A stretch of 64,000 nucleotides of DNA from Tubulanus polymorphus. Its lineage: Eukaryota > Animalia > Nemertea. The notes below the pieces were generated by a model, which was not told where the DNA came from, did not search any database, and saw only the letters and a program-made list of their open reading frames with translations. The stretch spans positions 4,072,778 through 4,136,777 of the forward strand of contig NC_134030.1 in the NCBI RefSeq assembly GCF_964204645.1. Reading direction: 5' to 3'. Each line of letters opens with the position of its first letter. Within the stretch, counting starts at the first letter, position 1. Shown piece by piece: positions 37,778 to 49,612 of this stretch. The translations under genes and the position numbers were made by a program.

Positions 37778-40700
37778 ATGTCTAAAATAAAGAAAATTAT
37801 CGACGAGGTGAAAGAACACAATGGAACTGAAGTAGATTTAGTAGATAAGGCTATAGTGAACATCCTTGATGTACCAGGAATTCGTGAGTCCTTACTTTAT
37901 TTTGATTAAAATTGTCTGACTGATCACATCCGTCTACCCTAGGCCTAGGCCTAACTACTGATTACTGAGACTCTGTCTATGGCTTTGTCCTTTTTACTAT
38001 GGCAGCTGTCCTGTCCTTGGTCTTTTTTACGATTTCTATTCTTGAAATTTCAGTGAGTTTACAGCAAATAACCAGACTGAGCTTGAGTCATAATAAGATT
38101 GTTGGTAAGTTTTTTTAGTAAATTATTCATTTCGAGTAGTGAACCATGTCTTTCTTTCAATAATCTCTCACTTTCAAGGGGGCGGGGCTTATAGTTGAAG
38201 TTTGGGGGTGAAATGTAGCTTAGGTCATCCAGTATCCCTGGTTCTAATGTCTGTAAAAGTGTATTGGGATAGGCCTATTGGTTGAACTACAACACTTCAC
38301 CCCCAAACTTCAACTACGAATCCCCTGTGACTATAAGAACCAATTAGGTTGATTATTTTGATAATTTCCAGTCATACCTCCTCGGATAGCTGACCTAATC
38401 AACTTGGAAATTCTGAATTTGTTCAACAACCATATCGAGGTCAGTCTTTAAACATAGATATTGCTTTTGTAAAACATCTTATTTTGTAAAAAAAAAACCA
38501 CAATAATTCTAATTCCTGAAATTTAAGGTGCAATTGAACAATAGACAGTTTATATGCTATGTTATCTTTGCTATTCTAGGAGCTTCCTTCTTCAATCAGC
38601 ACACTACCAAAGCTGAAGATTCTCAGTGTTGGGTAAGTTGTTTTTTATCAGGTTCATTGGCAAATTTCATTTGATATTATTCTAAAATCTCACAATTGTT
38701 CGATGATTAAACAGTTTATCAAAATGTAAGAAATATTTCAGGCGGTTCGTGTCACCCTTCTTCAGTCTAATAAGTCTCATTTAGACTTAAGCAGGGTGTT
38801 AGGAACCACCTGAAATATTTCTTATATCTTAATAAACCTTTTACTGATTTAACTATTGTGGAATTTTACGGTTTCATCACATTGTGATCTACTGAGTCTT
38901 TATTTGATATCGACTTTCTCTGTAGAATGAATCGTCTTGATTTACTTCCGCGTGGATTCGGCGCTTTTCCTTCGTTGGAGGTATTGGATCTAACATACAA
39001 CAACCTGAGTGAAGATAGTCTACCGGCTAATTTCTTCTGTTTAGGAGGTAAAACTACTATAAAAAGAGAGTTACATAGATATCTGAAATATAGATGAATG
39101 TTTCCTATGTAGCTAATATCTGATTATTTTTCAGATACACTACGTGTCCTGTATATGGGTGACAATGATTTTGTTCGTCTTCCCCCACATTTCGGACTCC
39201 TGAAGCATCTACAAATCGTAAATATTCAAATCTCATTTTCATTTGTCGTAAATCCTGTAAAATGTTGTAGTTTTCATAATGTTTTTTTTTCAGTTGGTTT
39301 TGAGGGATAATGATCTAATAGATATACCGAAAGAATTGGGCGATTTGTCTCGATTGAAAGAACTTCACATTCAAGGCAATCGATTGACGGTGCTCCCTCC
39401 TGAATTAGGTCAGTATGAATATGAAAAAAATTTAGGTTATAATCCAAAAGGTACAATGCAGTGTAAATCTTTACCATGTCAGCAATTACAACACGATCAC
39501 AACTAAGAAAATTCATCCTTGTATAGTATATTACAGCACGATCGAGTCATTTCAGCCTCATCAGGTATAATATATGAAATAAACATTAGTTTTGAATATT
39601 TCATATCATGTGTTATACCGGGTGAGGAAAAAGTGATTCGGCGAAATCAGTCGTATTGAAATACTTGATTTTCAAGGATGAATTTTGTGATTCTATTGTG
39701 GCTTTATTGATCATTCAACTCTCTACCAAAAATCTGTCGGTTAACATTCGACAAACGTTTGAACAACTGACCCCTGTTTGCCAAAATCCCTTTTAATGTT
39801 AGAATTTTGTTTACATTTCGTACTCACTGTTATGTAGGTAACCTGGACTTGGTCGGATCGAAGCAAGTTTTTCGCGGTGAGAATAATCCATGGGTAACGC
39901 CTATCGCTGATCAGTTTAAACTAGGAGTGTCGCATGTCTACGATTTCCTCAGATCTGACATGTACAAATAGTAAGTGCCTTTCGATCAGCTAAATCTCAG
40001 GTTTTGTAGCCAGTCTGAAAAGTTTTTCAGGTAAAATCTTCGAAGTGCTGAAAAGTACCTTTTGGATTCAACGTCATCGCAGAAAATATTTCTACCAACA
40101 AATTCTGTTTTGGACTGATGTATGTAAATATGTGCCTTCATGAAATATACCGGAAAATTGTCTTAGTCTTCAGGAAAATGTGCTGACTTTTGACTATGCC
40201 TCAGTCTGATTGCTACAAACCCTGAATCGACTATCTAGTACTTGGTGCCGTTTACCCCAATGTTAACCTTACCCGACTCATACTGATTGTTACCAAGCAC
40301 AAGAGTTAATGTCATCCTCCCTCAGCAGGGATTCGAACCCGATGGCATCGCTACACTCAGCCACGGCACGAACCCCTGCCACAGTAGACTGGTTGTGCAG
40401 GTACATGCGCAGCTGGGCCGCACGAAATCTTGCAGCACCAATCAGAATGCTCGTTGTATAATCGCTGAGTTAAATTTCACGGAAGAACTATAAACGGGAA
40501 AACCTATGCTAAAATAAGACGGGATATCTGATTTGCTGATAATGACATCACCTAATCTGCGCACTCGCTCTAGTGTGGTAGGGCTTCGTACCGCGGCAAT
40601 CTCGATGCCATCGGGTTCGAATCCCTACCGGGGGAGGATGGTTAATATTGATATTGGCAAAAGTTGAAGATACAGATATCGTCAACAAAAATGATCTATT

Positions 40701-40794
40701 ATTTTTCAGTTTGTACAATCGACACATGTCAGCGAACCCTCCTCCTCCCGACGTCACTAATGACAAATCGAAAAAGATCAGTCGCAAACGTTAA
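37778..40794 (+). CDS. RSU1: Ras suppressor protein 1 (LRR protein), 9 exons, 271 aa
   Basis: Exons 37778-37883, 38054-38104, 38372-38439, 38580-38632, 38926-39047, 39135-39217, 39294-39408, 39838-39970, 40710-40794. Recognisable segments: GMNRLDLLPRGFGAFPSLEVLDLTYNNLSEDSLPANFF, LKELHIQGNRLTVLPPELGNLDL, NNPWVTPIADQF, NDKSKKISRK. Confidence 0.97.
38184..38325. mobile_element. MITE family X, copy 1 (RSU1 intron 2)
   Basis: GGGGCTTATAGTTGAAGTTTGGGGGTGAA ... TTCACCCCCAAACTTCAACTACGAATCCCC; a second copy lies at 47393-47683. Confidence 0.75.
38729..38768 (-). ncRNA. Minimal type-I hammerhead ribozyme motif (Penelope-like-element type) within an inverted repeat
   Basis: Minus strand reads AGA-CTGAAGA-A-GGGTG-acacgaac-CGCCT-GAAA-TA-TT-TCT; a degenerate mirror copy lies at 38782-38823. 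Confidence 0.55.
40290..40660. mobile_element. Element bounded by two outward-facing tRNA-like (B-box) arms in the last RSU1 intron
   Basis: CGATGCCATCGGGTTCGAATCCCT occurs on + at ~40603-40626 and on - at ~40327-40350, with further flanking similarity. Confidence 0.7.
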
Positions 40795-41575
40795 GAGAAC
40801 GAACTATGAGATCAGGAGGATGCAAGTCTCAACTATCGGTCCTCTTCGCGCGAGAAATAACATTCGCCGTTAACTACTGCTGATGACCGACGACTGACTG
40901 TAGAAAAATGGATGCATTTAGACGAAGTGTTTTATTTTATAAGCGAAAAAATAGCGAGAAATTTCAGTTACCCCGGTATTTAGTGAATTCACGCGCAGCT
41001 TAGGACTTTGACATTTGATAAGATTATGATACAGTTCCCCTCTCTTAACACTCAGTGATCTGCCACCTGCTGTGGATTAAGTTCAACTGTATACTGGACT
41101 TGTTTTTTTATCGTATTATATAATGGTGCTATTCTTATAAACAATACCGGTATTCTATTCTGCATATATAGATAAACGATAGATAATGATGATTAACAGT
41201 ATACTTTACTTTTCTGTGTCTGTTTTTATGTTTGCAGTAATCCATCGATGATTAATCTAATAGGTTTTTGTTCAGTTTTCATTGTTATCTATGTTCAATA
41301 TCAACTTGTTTGAGTAGGAATGTCCTTTAGTATTTTGTTTTTGATTTATGCAATAAATATGCATGTCTCTTTATCCTAATTATTTGTTATTCACTAAATC
41401 TGGATGATATCGAGGTCAAGCTGTCCAACAAGATACAAAGTCTCCTGATCGACGCTCAATGCTAAGAAGGAAGGAAATAGTTCAGGACTTTTTTGGCAAA
41501 GAATGTGAGAAGTATCCACTTGACCTAGGAAATTTAACGTCAGCTATCTTGACAAGTTTGGACTTGTGATGTGAT

Positions 41576-41724
41576 TTCCGCAGCACCAGTACCTGTTGTG
41601 TTAAAGTAGGGTAGGTACTGGTGCTGCGCTAGGAACACCCACTATATAGGATGTACGTAGGATACTGTTAAGTAAATCTAAGTGACGAGGGGTCTAGTAT
41701 CCAGCCATTTTTCCCAGGGTCCCT
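41576..41724. mobile_element. Interspersed ~145-bp repeat with a terminal hairpin (Helitron/Helentron-derivative-like), copy 1
   Basis: Hairpin GCAGCACCAGTACCT...AGGTACTGGTGCTGC; a homologous copy lies at 47778-47921. Confidence 0.7.
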
Positions 41725-43938
41725 GACATAATGTCCGATGTGATAAAAGGATGAGAATTTCAGTAAGTAATTTGTCATTTATTTTATATATATAGATATA
41801 CTTATATACATCGACAGAGCAGTAATAATGTTGTACATTATGTGACACAAGCCTGCGGCCACCACACGTCGACAACAAGAAACATATCCCCCAAAAAGTA
41901 GAAGATGCAGCAATTTACATAATGAAAATAATGTATACGTACGTAAAAGGGCATAAATTAAGATGAACTTTACACGAAGAAAAAAGAAAATAAATACAGT
42001 GACGTGCGTCGCGATGACTAAATATTTATAATAAACGAAAAATCATCGATTAACCTGCTTTTAATTCAATATCAATTGAAGTCTCAGCGGCCTCGGTTTT
42101 TTAAACGAGAGACCATCCGAGAAATGCGCACCACATATTTCCCGTCCTCGATGTCCATCGAGTTCATTTTACGATGATACAAATGCAAAAATAATCTGAA
42201 AACGCGACTACAAACAAAATGATTTTAATGTAAATGAAACGAAAAGTATTTTTTCCCATGAATATTTACACGATGATTTCGAAGGTCTATATGACGTATT
42301 AATACATAAGTAATTATTCCGTTTTCAACGAAATGTACAAAATCTGAATCGCGGCTAAACCTATCGTATTGGCCGCAAAGAAAGACATTCATCGCACGCA
42401 AGAATGACCGATACCTTATTACCTAAAACTCTGTTTAAGCCTAGGGCTATACCACACCATGCCTACTCTAATACAACAAAACCTCTTTATCAAGATAATG
42501 AATTTTCGCGCAACAGGAATGTTCAACTTAATCACAATCTGAAAGCTTTTCAAAAACATATGATACAATAACACCTGCAGTAATGTTTTCTGGCCAGCAA
42601 CTTTTCATTCAAGCTTCTCTGAAGTCAGGGCTAAAATTATAACGTAACATTACTTAATGTCACACAATGCAATAAACTATGGATATATTCGCTCTTACAT
42701 CCTTTATCATCATTAGCTTGATATTTCTATGCTACAGCCTGATATAATGAGGAACGAACGTATCAGTCATTCAATGATATATCCATAGTTAGCTTTACTA
42801 TATTCATTACTTACAATACGGAACATTTTGCCAAGCTACATTCAATCCAGATAGGGCTGCAGTCATACGTTAAGGGTTTAATATCATGCACGAGAACAAC
42901 AACATACGAATCTTTTATCATACGTTATTTCTAGAAAGGCTATAATGTACCAGCATGAATGCAAAATTTTGCATATTTTCAAGCTTAGAAGTAGCCGATT
43001 TTACACCCACACTTTACAAACTGCCTCAGAGATGCATTGATCTAGCAGATCATACGCAAAGCTCGCAATAGTGAGTAATACCAGTCTCCCTAAACCGGTA
43101 CATGCAGATGGCCAACATATGTGAGTGCATTAAATTTAAATTTTATCGTATATATATATATGTATCACAATATGCATGGACATTAAGTTGAAAGCGTAGA
43201 GGTTAACATTACCGTAAATCATCTAAAATAACTACAACCACATTCATTCTACATGTAATAAGTAGTATTGTAGGACCTCTGAATCACAAGGATAGATAAT
43301 TGTAATACATGTACATGTACTAACTTATCAATTTAGGAGGCCTACGCGGTATTTATGATGACACCAATTTGACAATATCGAGCACATTATTTTTTAGATC
43401 ACATACCGACGGGGTACATCTATTTCACGATCATAAGATAATTGAAACATCAGATTATTAAACTGTAATGATGCGTTAAACAAGTAGACTTCTCTTCACT
43501 TGATTAACTCAAAAGTTGCTCAAAATTTAGTGATTTTTCTACGAGTATTTCGACTTCGCCAATTCTCGACTCGGTTATGGTTTCGGAATCTACTGTATAC
43601 AATGCGATGGTGCGCAGTAAAAGACCCTTAGGTAAAATTCGGACATGGAAGAAATCATCATGTAAAAATCCCTCACTAATATCCATTCAAGACGCGAAGT
43701 TAACAAGAAGGGAATACCACAATTACCGTATTTCTTCCATGGACTATTGGTATTTCCTCCACACAGAATTTTTTCCTTGGGTGCTTTTTACCTACAACCA
43801 TTAACTGGTCTATTTTTGATACAGTGCGTACGATGTAATACACTACTACATACGTCAGCGATTGTCACTATCGAAGAGGCTTTCATTCATTCATTCATTT
43901 ATTTGTTAGAGATTTTGACGTGCAAACTACACTGATTA

Positions 43939-44220
43939 CAGTCAAACTCACTTATGCTGTCAGTGCAAGACCCTCGTTATGTTAATGACTCCATATAAAG
44001 ATTTACACTCAAATCGCCTCAGATCTCACAGGGCTAATATCATAAATTCTCTCCAAAAAACGCAAACCCACGACAGGATGGTTTGTTATTATGATGCATT
44101 TGAGCCAGAAAATCTGTGATATATTGTCCGAGGCAGGTGATAATCAGAGGCTAAACAGAGTCTACTGTAAGATCGAATTGGAAACAGCTCATCTAACGAT
44201 GAACTAAGTGAGTTTGACTG
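43939..44220. mobile_element. Tc1/mariner-superfamily (pogo/Tigger-like) MITE
   Basis: TA + CAGTCAAACTCACTTA ... TAAGTGAGTTTGACTG + TA: a perfect 16-bp TIR with TA TSD. Confidence 0.9.
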
Positions 44221-44285
44221 TATTAAAGTATCGATAATAAATTGAGATTTCTAGACATTCGCGTTTCGCGCGTTTTCAATTATCA

Positions 44286-46659
44286 TTAATTATCGCCATC
44301 GTCGACGCTTTCGCACTTGACGAATGTTTTCGTTAGGTTCTGTATTTCCTCGACTAACGGCTCGCACAGTTTCTGGTAACCTTGCTCGGTAAGGTGTAGA
44401 TAATCGTACATGTCGCGATGGTTGATCTCGCCGTCGGCGTTCACGAACGTCTCGGCTTCGACGTTCAAGAACTGCGCGTTCGCCTGATTCGATAGTTTAT
44501 TCGCCAGCATTGAATTTATTTTCGCATTTTTCACTCGAAGAGGATTCGGAAACTGACCGCGCGGCGGCAAAGACTGAAAAGTTCGAGCAAAACATTTTTG
44601 AATTAAGATGGAAAAAGAAATAAGCTAAAACAAGCCCTATACTACTACAGTTAACATAGCTTAACTCAAAAATGGTCGTCTTCCCTCTGCAGGGAATTCA
44701 AACTTGACGACTTCACATTATTGACAGTTTTTGCCATGGCACAAAAGCCTGTCTGATTAGACCAAATATACGGGTAGATGCAGCTTATCAGGGGATGTTA
44801 TTTTAGGCAATCAGAAGTCACGTTTTATCTATCTACTTCATAGCTAGGCCTATTTGTGAATTAGCCTCAGCGATGCTGCTGATCGGATAGTCGTTTAAAA
44901 CTTCAACGAACTTTAGACCAACTAGCCCTTGTAAGTAAGAGTCTATTGTAAGGCAATGTACTGGTTGTATTTACCATGACAATTATTTGAGCTGAACGTT
45001 GTTTTTCTCCGATTGCTTTCACAATTTCCAGAATTCCATCGACAACTTCTTCAGCAGTGTGTTCATAATTATTGGTCCCAGTGCAAACAACAACCACCTA
45101 CAAAACAAACAGTTACTGCTTGTATTTCCTAGATTATTGGATAGTTAGCTGATGTGGCATTATATTAGTAAACATTACTTTGCCGACATACTACACTTAG
45201 TTAAAACATTCAATAAAATTCAACGAGCCTTTAGTGGAAAGACGCTGTGCTAGGAATATGCTGGCCCGGGTTCAAATACTGCTCTATCCGCTCAATTTTC
45301 AAAAATTCCGTTCCTGAATGTCACCTGCCTTATTTGAATGAACAACCCGGTTATAAAACCTCTACACCGTACGAACCTTTGGACTGATCTGCTCCAATTC
45401 TCCGTGTTGAACGCGCCATAAAACATGCTGCGTCTTATCACCATTTATACCGAAATTCAAACAATGTAACGGCTCAAAGTATTTACTCCATACCTGTAAT
45501 TGATACGGCGCACAGTTACAGGTTAGCAATTCATTATCAAATGAAATAGATTCAAAGCTAGACGGAAAGGGAGGACATCTAGACTACAGTCATTGCCTGA
45601 CTTAACTGGGCTTGGAACAAAGGAAACAGTATTTACCCTGGTTTGCGCTAGTTGCTGGATGTAGGAATCACCGATAAGTAAAACATCTGGTTCACTGTCT
45701 CTCACTTCAGACACGTAGCGTTTGTGCTATAAAGAAATAAAGATTGTAAATTAATGCGTTGATCAAATCATCACTCCTCAGGAATGTATGACGAATCATA
45801 CTCTGCAGACAGTAGTAAACAACATTATCCATGTTAACAACAAGACAAGTTTAAAACGACACGATCCATGCACGTAGGAAAAATGTTCGCAGCGACTAGT
45901 TTAGGTGTCCCTACTATGTACTAATGGTTATGTACCTAACCATAACACTTTTATTTAACAAACTGTCTACGTTTGCGGGAGTCTGCACTATATCTACGTA
46001 CGCGCATACGTGAAGGAATAGCGTTAGGGTAAGGTGAGGCTTTATATAGATTGACTTTCGTCGAGTATTCCAGTCGTGTGCTGTGGCTCAGTGGGTAAAG
46101 CACTAGACTATCGCTAGAAACTTTTGCTTTGGATTCGAATCCCAATATTGCGAGTCAGAATTCTAGTGTATTGCGCATGCGCTAACTACTAACTCCCGTA
46201 ATCAGCAGCTATCGCACTCCGTTTACGGACTCTCATAACCACAGCCACGGCGTTTCTTTAATAACACTAGCGGTATGCAGTGGAAATGAGACCTAATCAA
46301 CTGCAGTTAGACTTTAAAAAAATTATACACGTTCACAATCACAGGGACTTGACACAAAAGGATTTTGACCCACACAGACAGTATGTATCTAAGTACCTGT
46401 CTAAATGATCAACAATTACAGAAACAGGGCTTTTTCACAGGTGATAGAAGGCAAAAATATCTCGCCTTTCAATCCAGTCCAGTGGCAGCGCCAGTAGTGA
46501 TACTGTCGTACTGTGATGATACTGATGGTACCAGTGTCTATATAGAGTACTGTCGCGTCGGTCGTCGCAAGGAAGGAAAATTCCGTTACTTACCACACTT
46601 AACCAGCGACCATCGCCTTGTACATCATCCAGTTGGGTCGGTACAGCTGCTGAATTCAT
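44286..46659 (-). CDS. PAFAH1B2: Platelet-activating factor acetylhydrolase IB catalytic subunit (SGNH hydrolase; PAFAH1B2/B3 family), 5 exons, 227 aa
   Basis: Exons 46659-46594, 45726-45637, 45493-45377, 45097-44975, 44573-44286. Motifs DVQGDGRW, EPDVLLIGDS, LNFGINGD.TQHVLWR, GTNN, PRGQFPNPLR, DMYDYLHLT. It cannot be assigned to B2 versus B3. Confidence 0.96.
46078..46143 (+). repeat. tRNA-derived SINE head fragment in PAFAH1B intron 1
   Basis: A-box TGGCTCAGTGG and B-box-like GGATTCGAATCC; stems do not form a cloverleaf. Confidence 0.55.
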
Positions 46660-46931
46660 CTCGAATAATCTACACTCTTCAACACTTCGTATTAACGACA
46701 GCCTAAAGTCAGATGGGTCTCAGTTCTGTAAGAAGGGTACCCCCCAATATATTATGCAGGAAGTGTAGAAAAATACGTCAATGCGCGTGCGTAAATATTC
46801 GTTAATTTGTTTGATAGTAGCTGTAATAAATTATTTTTCGTGAATTTGTTTGAAACTGGCTGTAATGATTATTCCATAATTGTATTGAATTGCACGATAC
46901 AATTAAATTAATATTTATTCCCGTGAAAAAC
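46660..46931. promoter_or_regulatory. Probable bidirectional promoter between PAFAH1B and the TIR gene
   Basis: Divergent ATGs are 272 bp apart; ETS-like CAGGAAGTG (46757), CRE-like TACGTCA (46774), NRF1-like TGCGCGTGCG (46782). Confidence 0.6.
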
Positions 46932-49612
46932 ATGGATCCCTCCTCTGAATATGACATTAGTTTATGGTATAATGAAGATAGAAAGCAACCCGATGACAGA
47001 GTGAAGTCTACTGAAATAGCTAGACAATTGACGGTTTATTTCCTAGAAAAAGGTTTCAATGTCTACAATCCTGAATATGATTTTTTGCCTGGTAAACAAT
47101 TCAATTCTTAGAATTTTACTTTCGTTTTCATTTCACACTTCATTAGTCAGTAACCTGTCGTCTGTGGTTTAGTTTTACGATCGGATACTTTCAAAGCTCA
47201 TCCGATTATAAAAAGCTTACCACCAACGATTAGGTAACTAACTAACACTTCATATGATAATATGCATGTATTAGGGCCTAGTTTCACTCCATGATCTCAC
47301 CTCCTCTCTTCTGGTCCCTAAGGCCTAACTGATTACTTTGTCATTGCATTGACATCAGCACCCTCGTCTATCATCCCTCTTAGATAGGGTCGAGGGCCTT
47401 GTATTTGAAGATTGGGGGTGACTTGGAACTGTAGCTTAGATCGTCCAGTATCCCTGATTAGGTAGTGATAACTCGTATCCCTGGTACTTCTGGGACCTAC
47501 CTACTTCCCTAGACCTACTGGATGATCTTAGTCAGTAACCTGTCTGTGGTTCAGTTTCACGATCGGATATTTTCACGTTGGTATAAGCCCATCCGATTAT
47601 AAAAAGCTTACCACCAACGATTAGGTAACTAACTAGGATGATCTAGGCTACAGTTCTCCCCCAAACTTCAAATACAAGCCCCTATGGATGGATCCTGCCC
47701 CACTCACTTAACAGCTGCCCACTGTTCCATGGACTCGCTACACGGGCTCCTCACAAAACCGAGTGTTCAAAAAACTCTTCCGTAGCACCAGCACCTTTAA
47801 AGTAGGGTAGGTACTGGTGCTGCGCTAGTAACACACACTATATAGGGTGTACATAGGATACTGATCAAGTAAATCTAAGTGACAAGGAGTCTAGTATCCA
47901 GCCATTTTTCCCTGGGTCCCTAACAACATCTGGTATGGAGACTAAGTGACGAGCCCCTTGGTGTGATGCAATGTGCCCAGGAACGTTCGTTAACCTGTCG
48001 GCGTGTGAACTGTTTCTATTTGTTTAATTCCACTTTATTTATCTGTTCAATTTAGGTGGAAATTTTTTCAATGAAACAAAACGTGTGTTGGATGCATCGG
48101 AATATTTGATATTCCTTCTTAGTCCGGGATTTATGGAGAGTGGTTGGCATGTATTTACCCAACAGTCGACATTCAAGGAACTTTTAGACCAGAAGAAAAG
48201 CGACAGGTTTATTGCAATAACTATTCTAGGGTTACCTTGTGAAGATGTTCCCAGTGAGTTTAATATGAAACGTATTATATATGGCGACGATAATATCAAC
48301 CACATCACCGAAAAGCTTGATAAGTTACTTGAAAAAGGTAAAGAAAGAATAATCATTTCTGCCCCTGGGCCCAGTTCCATAGACTGAGTATCAAAGTTGT
48401 CCCTATCTGGGTGACAACCACCATAGTAAAAATTAGAAACCATGGTAATAACTGATAAATTTCAAAATATTCCCAGGGACTATTTTTCTTCCACATCTAT
48501 GAAACCCAGCCCTGGTTTCAAAGTTAATTGTTCAAATGTACCAGATACAGGATATTCGTAAATACATTGCAGAAAGTCATCCGATTGAAGAGACTGGAGA
48601 AAAACTAGATCCTGGTGCACAAGCTGCCGATGACCCTGAAAATGTAGCTGAAAGTGAACCCAAGGATGAAGTTGTTCCCAGACCAGACACTGCCAAAATT
48701 AGTAAGCCTTTGCTATTGAAAATAACTAATGATGGAACATATGATTATGGGTCATTTCACTCAAGTGGAACTATTCGATTTGGGGTTTTTTACAGATAAT
48801 CACTCAGGAAACGGCGGGAATACTCGGATAAAAATACCCTATCCCATCCCAGGTAATAAATGCTATTTTTTCAGAAGTTGAAGAAGCAAGCGAATCTTTT
48901 TAATGACTTGCTTCTATTTATTACATGATTTATACATGTAAGTTACTTGTAGGTAGAAGCGCTATACAAGTGACATCAGGCCAGAACGAGATAGACAATT
49001 CTGATAGTGTTTTATTAAGGTAATATAGAACACCCTACTCCAAATCTTGATGTTGACTTGTCTCAATTCCTATTACTGAATGTTTGAAATATTGTGTGTT
49101 TAGTAAAGATTCCAGTGCCTCTGTTCACGAGGTGAAGATCAACGGCGATTCTGATATTCCAGCTGCATGCACTAATGCAGAACCAGCTGCGTGTGAGAAC
49201 ACTGTTGTTACACAGAGTGAAGAAGACACTAGCGGAAAACAAATGATTCCTTCAGAAAGTGGTATGTTGAGAGTTCGTGTACGCTGCAGTGGAGGATATT
49301 TGTATTTATATATGTATGTAACAGCCTCCACTGCAGCGACACAAACATAAATAACTCATAAATAGGTGTTTTGATCGGAAATCCTTTGGATTGATTTCCA
49401 GGGCCGAATTCCTCTTGAACTTCCTTTATTTGGCTCGAAATATTGAGTTGCATGAGTATGAATTGTGGACATGTATATTTGCAGGTTGGTTTCAACCACG
49501 GAGATTCATTAGTTTTGCCTGGTCGGATATCCTGTTCCCTGTTCTGCAGAGAATATTCGCTATTGGTGGTAACGTCTTTGAGACATGGCTTCATCGTAGA
49601 TTTAACAGTTGA
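46932..49612 (+). CDS. N-terminal TIR-domain protein with acidic low-complexity tail, 7 exons, ~326 aa
   Basis: Exons 46932-47091, 48056-48337, 48573-48701, 48796-48852, 48953-49019, 49104-49261, 49485-49612 (phase-compatible, 981 nt). TIR-like motifs YDISLWYN, KGFNVYNPEYDFLPG, SEYLIFLLSPGFMESGW. The 3' exons are less certain. Confidence 0.78.
47144..47244. mobile_element. ~100-bp MITE with 9-bp TSD (Mutator-like), copy a
   Basis: TIRs TAGTCAGTAACCT / AGGTAACTAACTA; perfect TSD ACACTTCAT on both sides. Confidence 0.9.
47393..47683. mobile_element. MITE family X, copy 2 (TIR-gene intron 1), interrupted by a nested MITE
   Basis: AGGGCCTTGTATTTGAAGATTGGGGG ... CCCCCAAACTTCAAATACAAGCCCCT. Confidence 0.8.
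47529..47635. mobile_element. ~100-bp MITE with 9-bp TSD (Mutator-like), copy b, nested
   Basis: Same element as 47144-47244; perfect TSD GGATGATCT on both sides. Confidence 0.9.
47778..47921. mobile_element. Interspersed hairpin repeat, copy 2
   Basis: Aligns end to end with 41576-41724. Confidence 0.7.
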
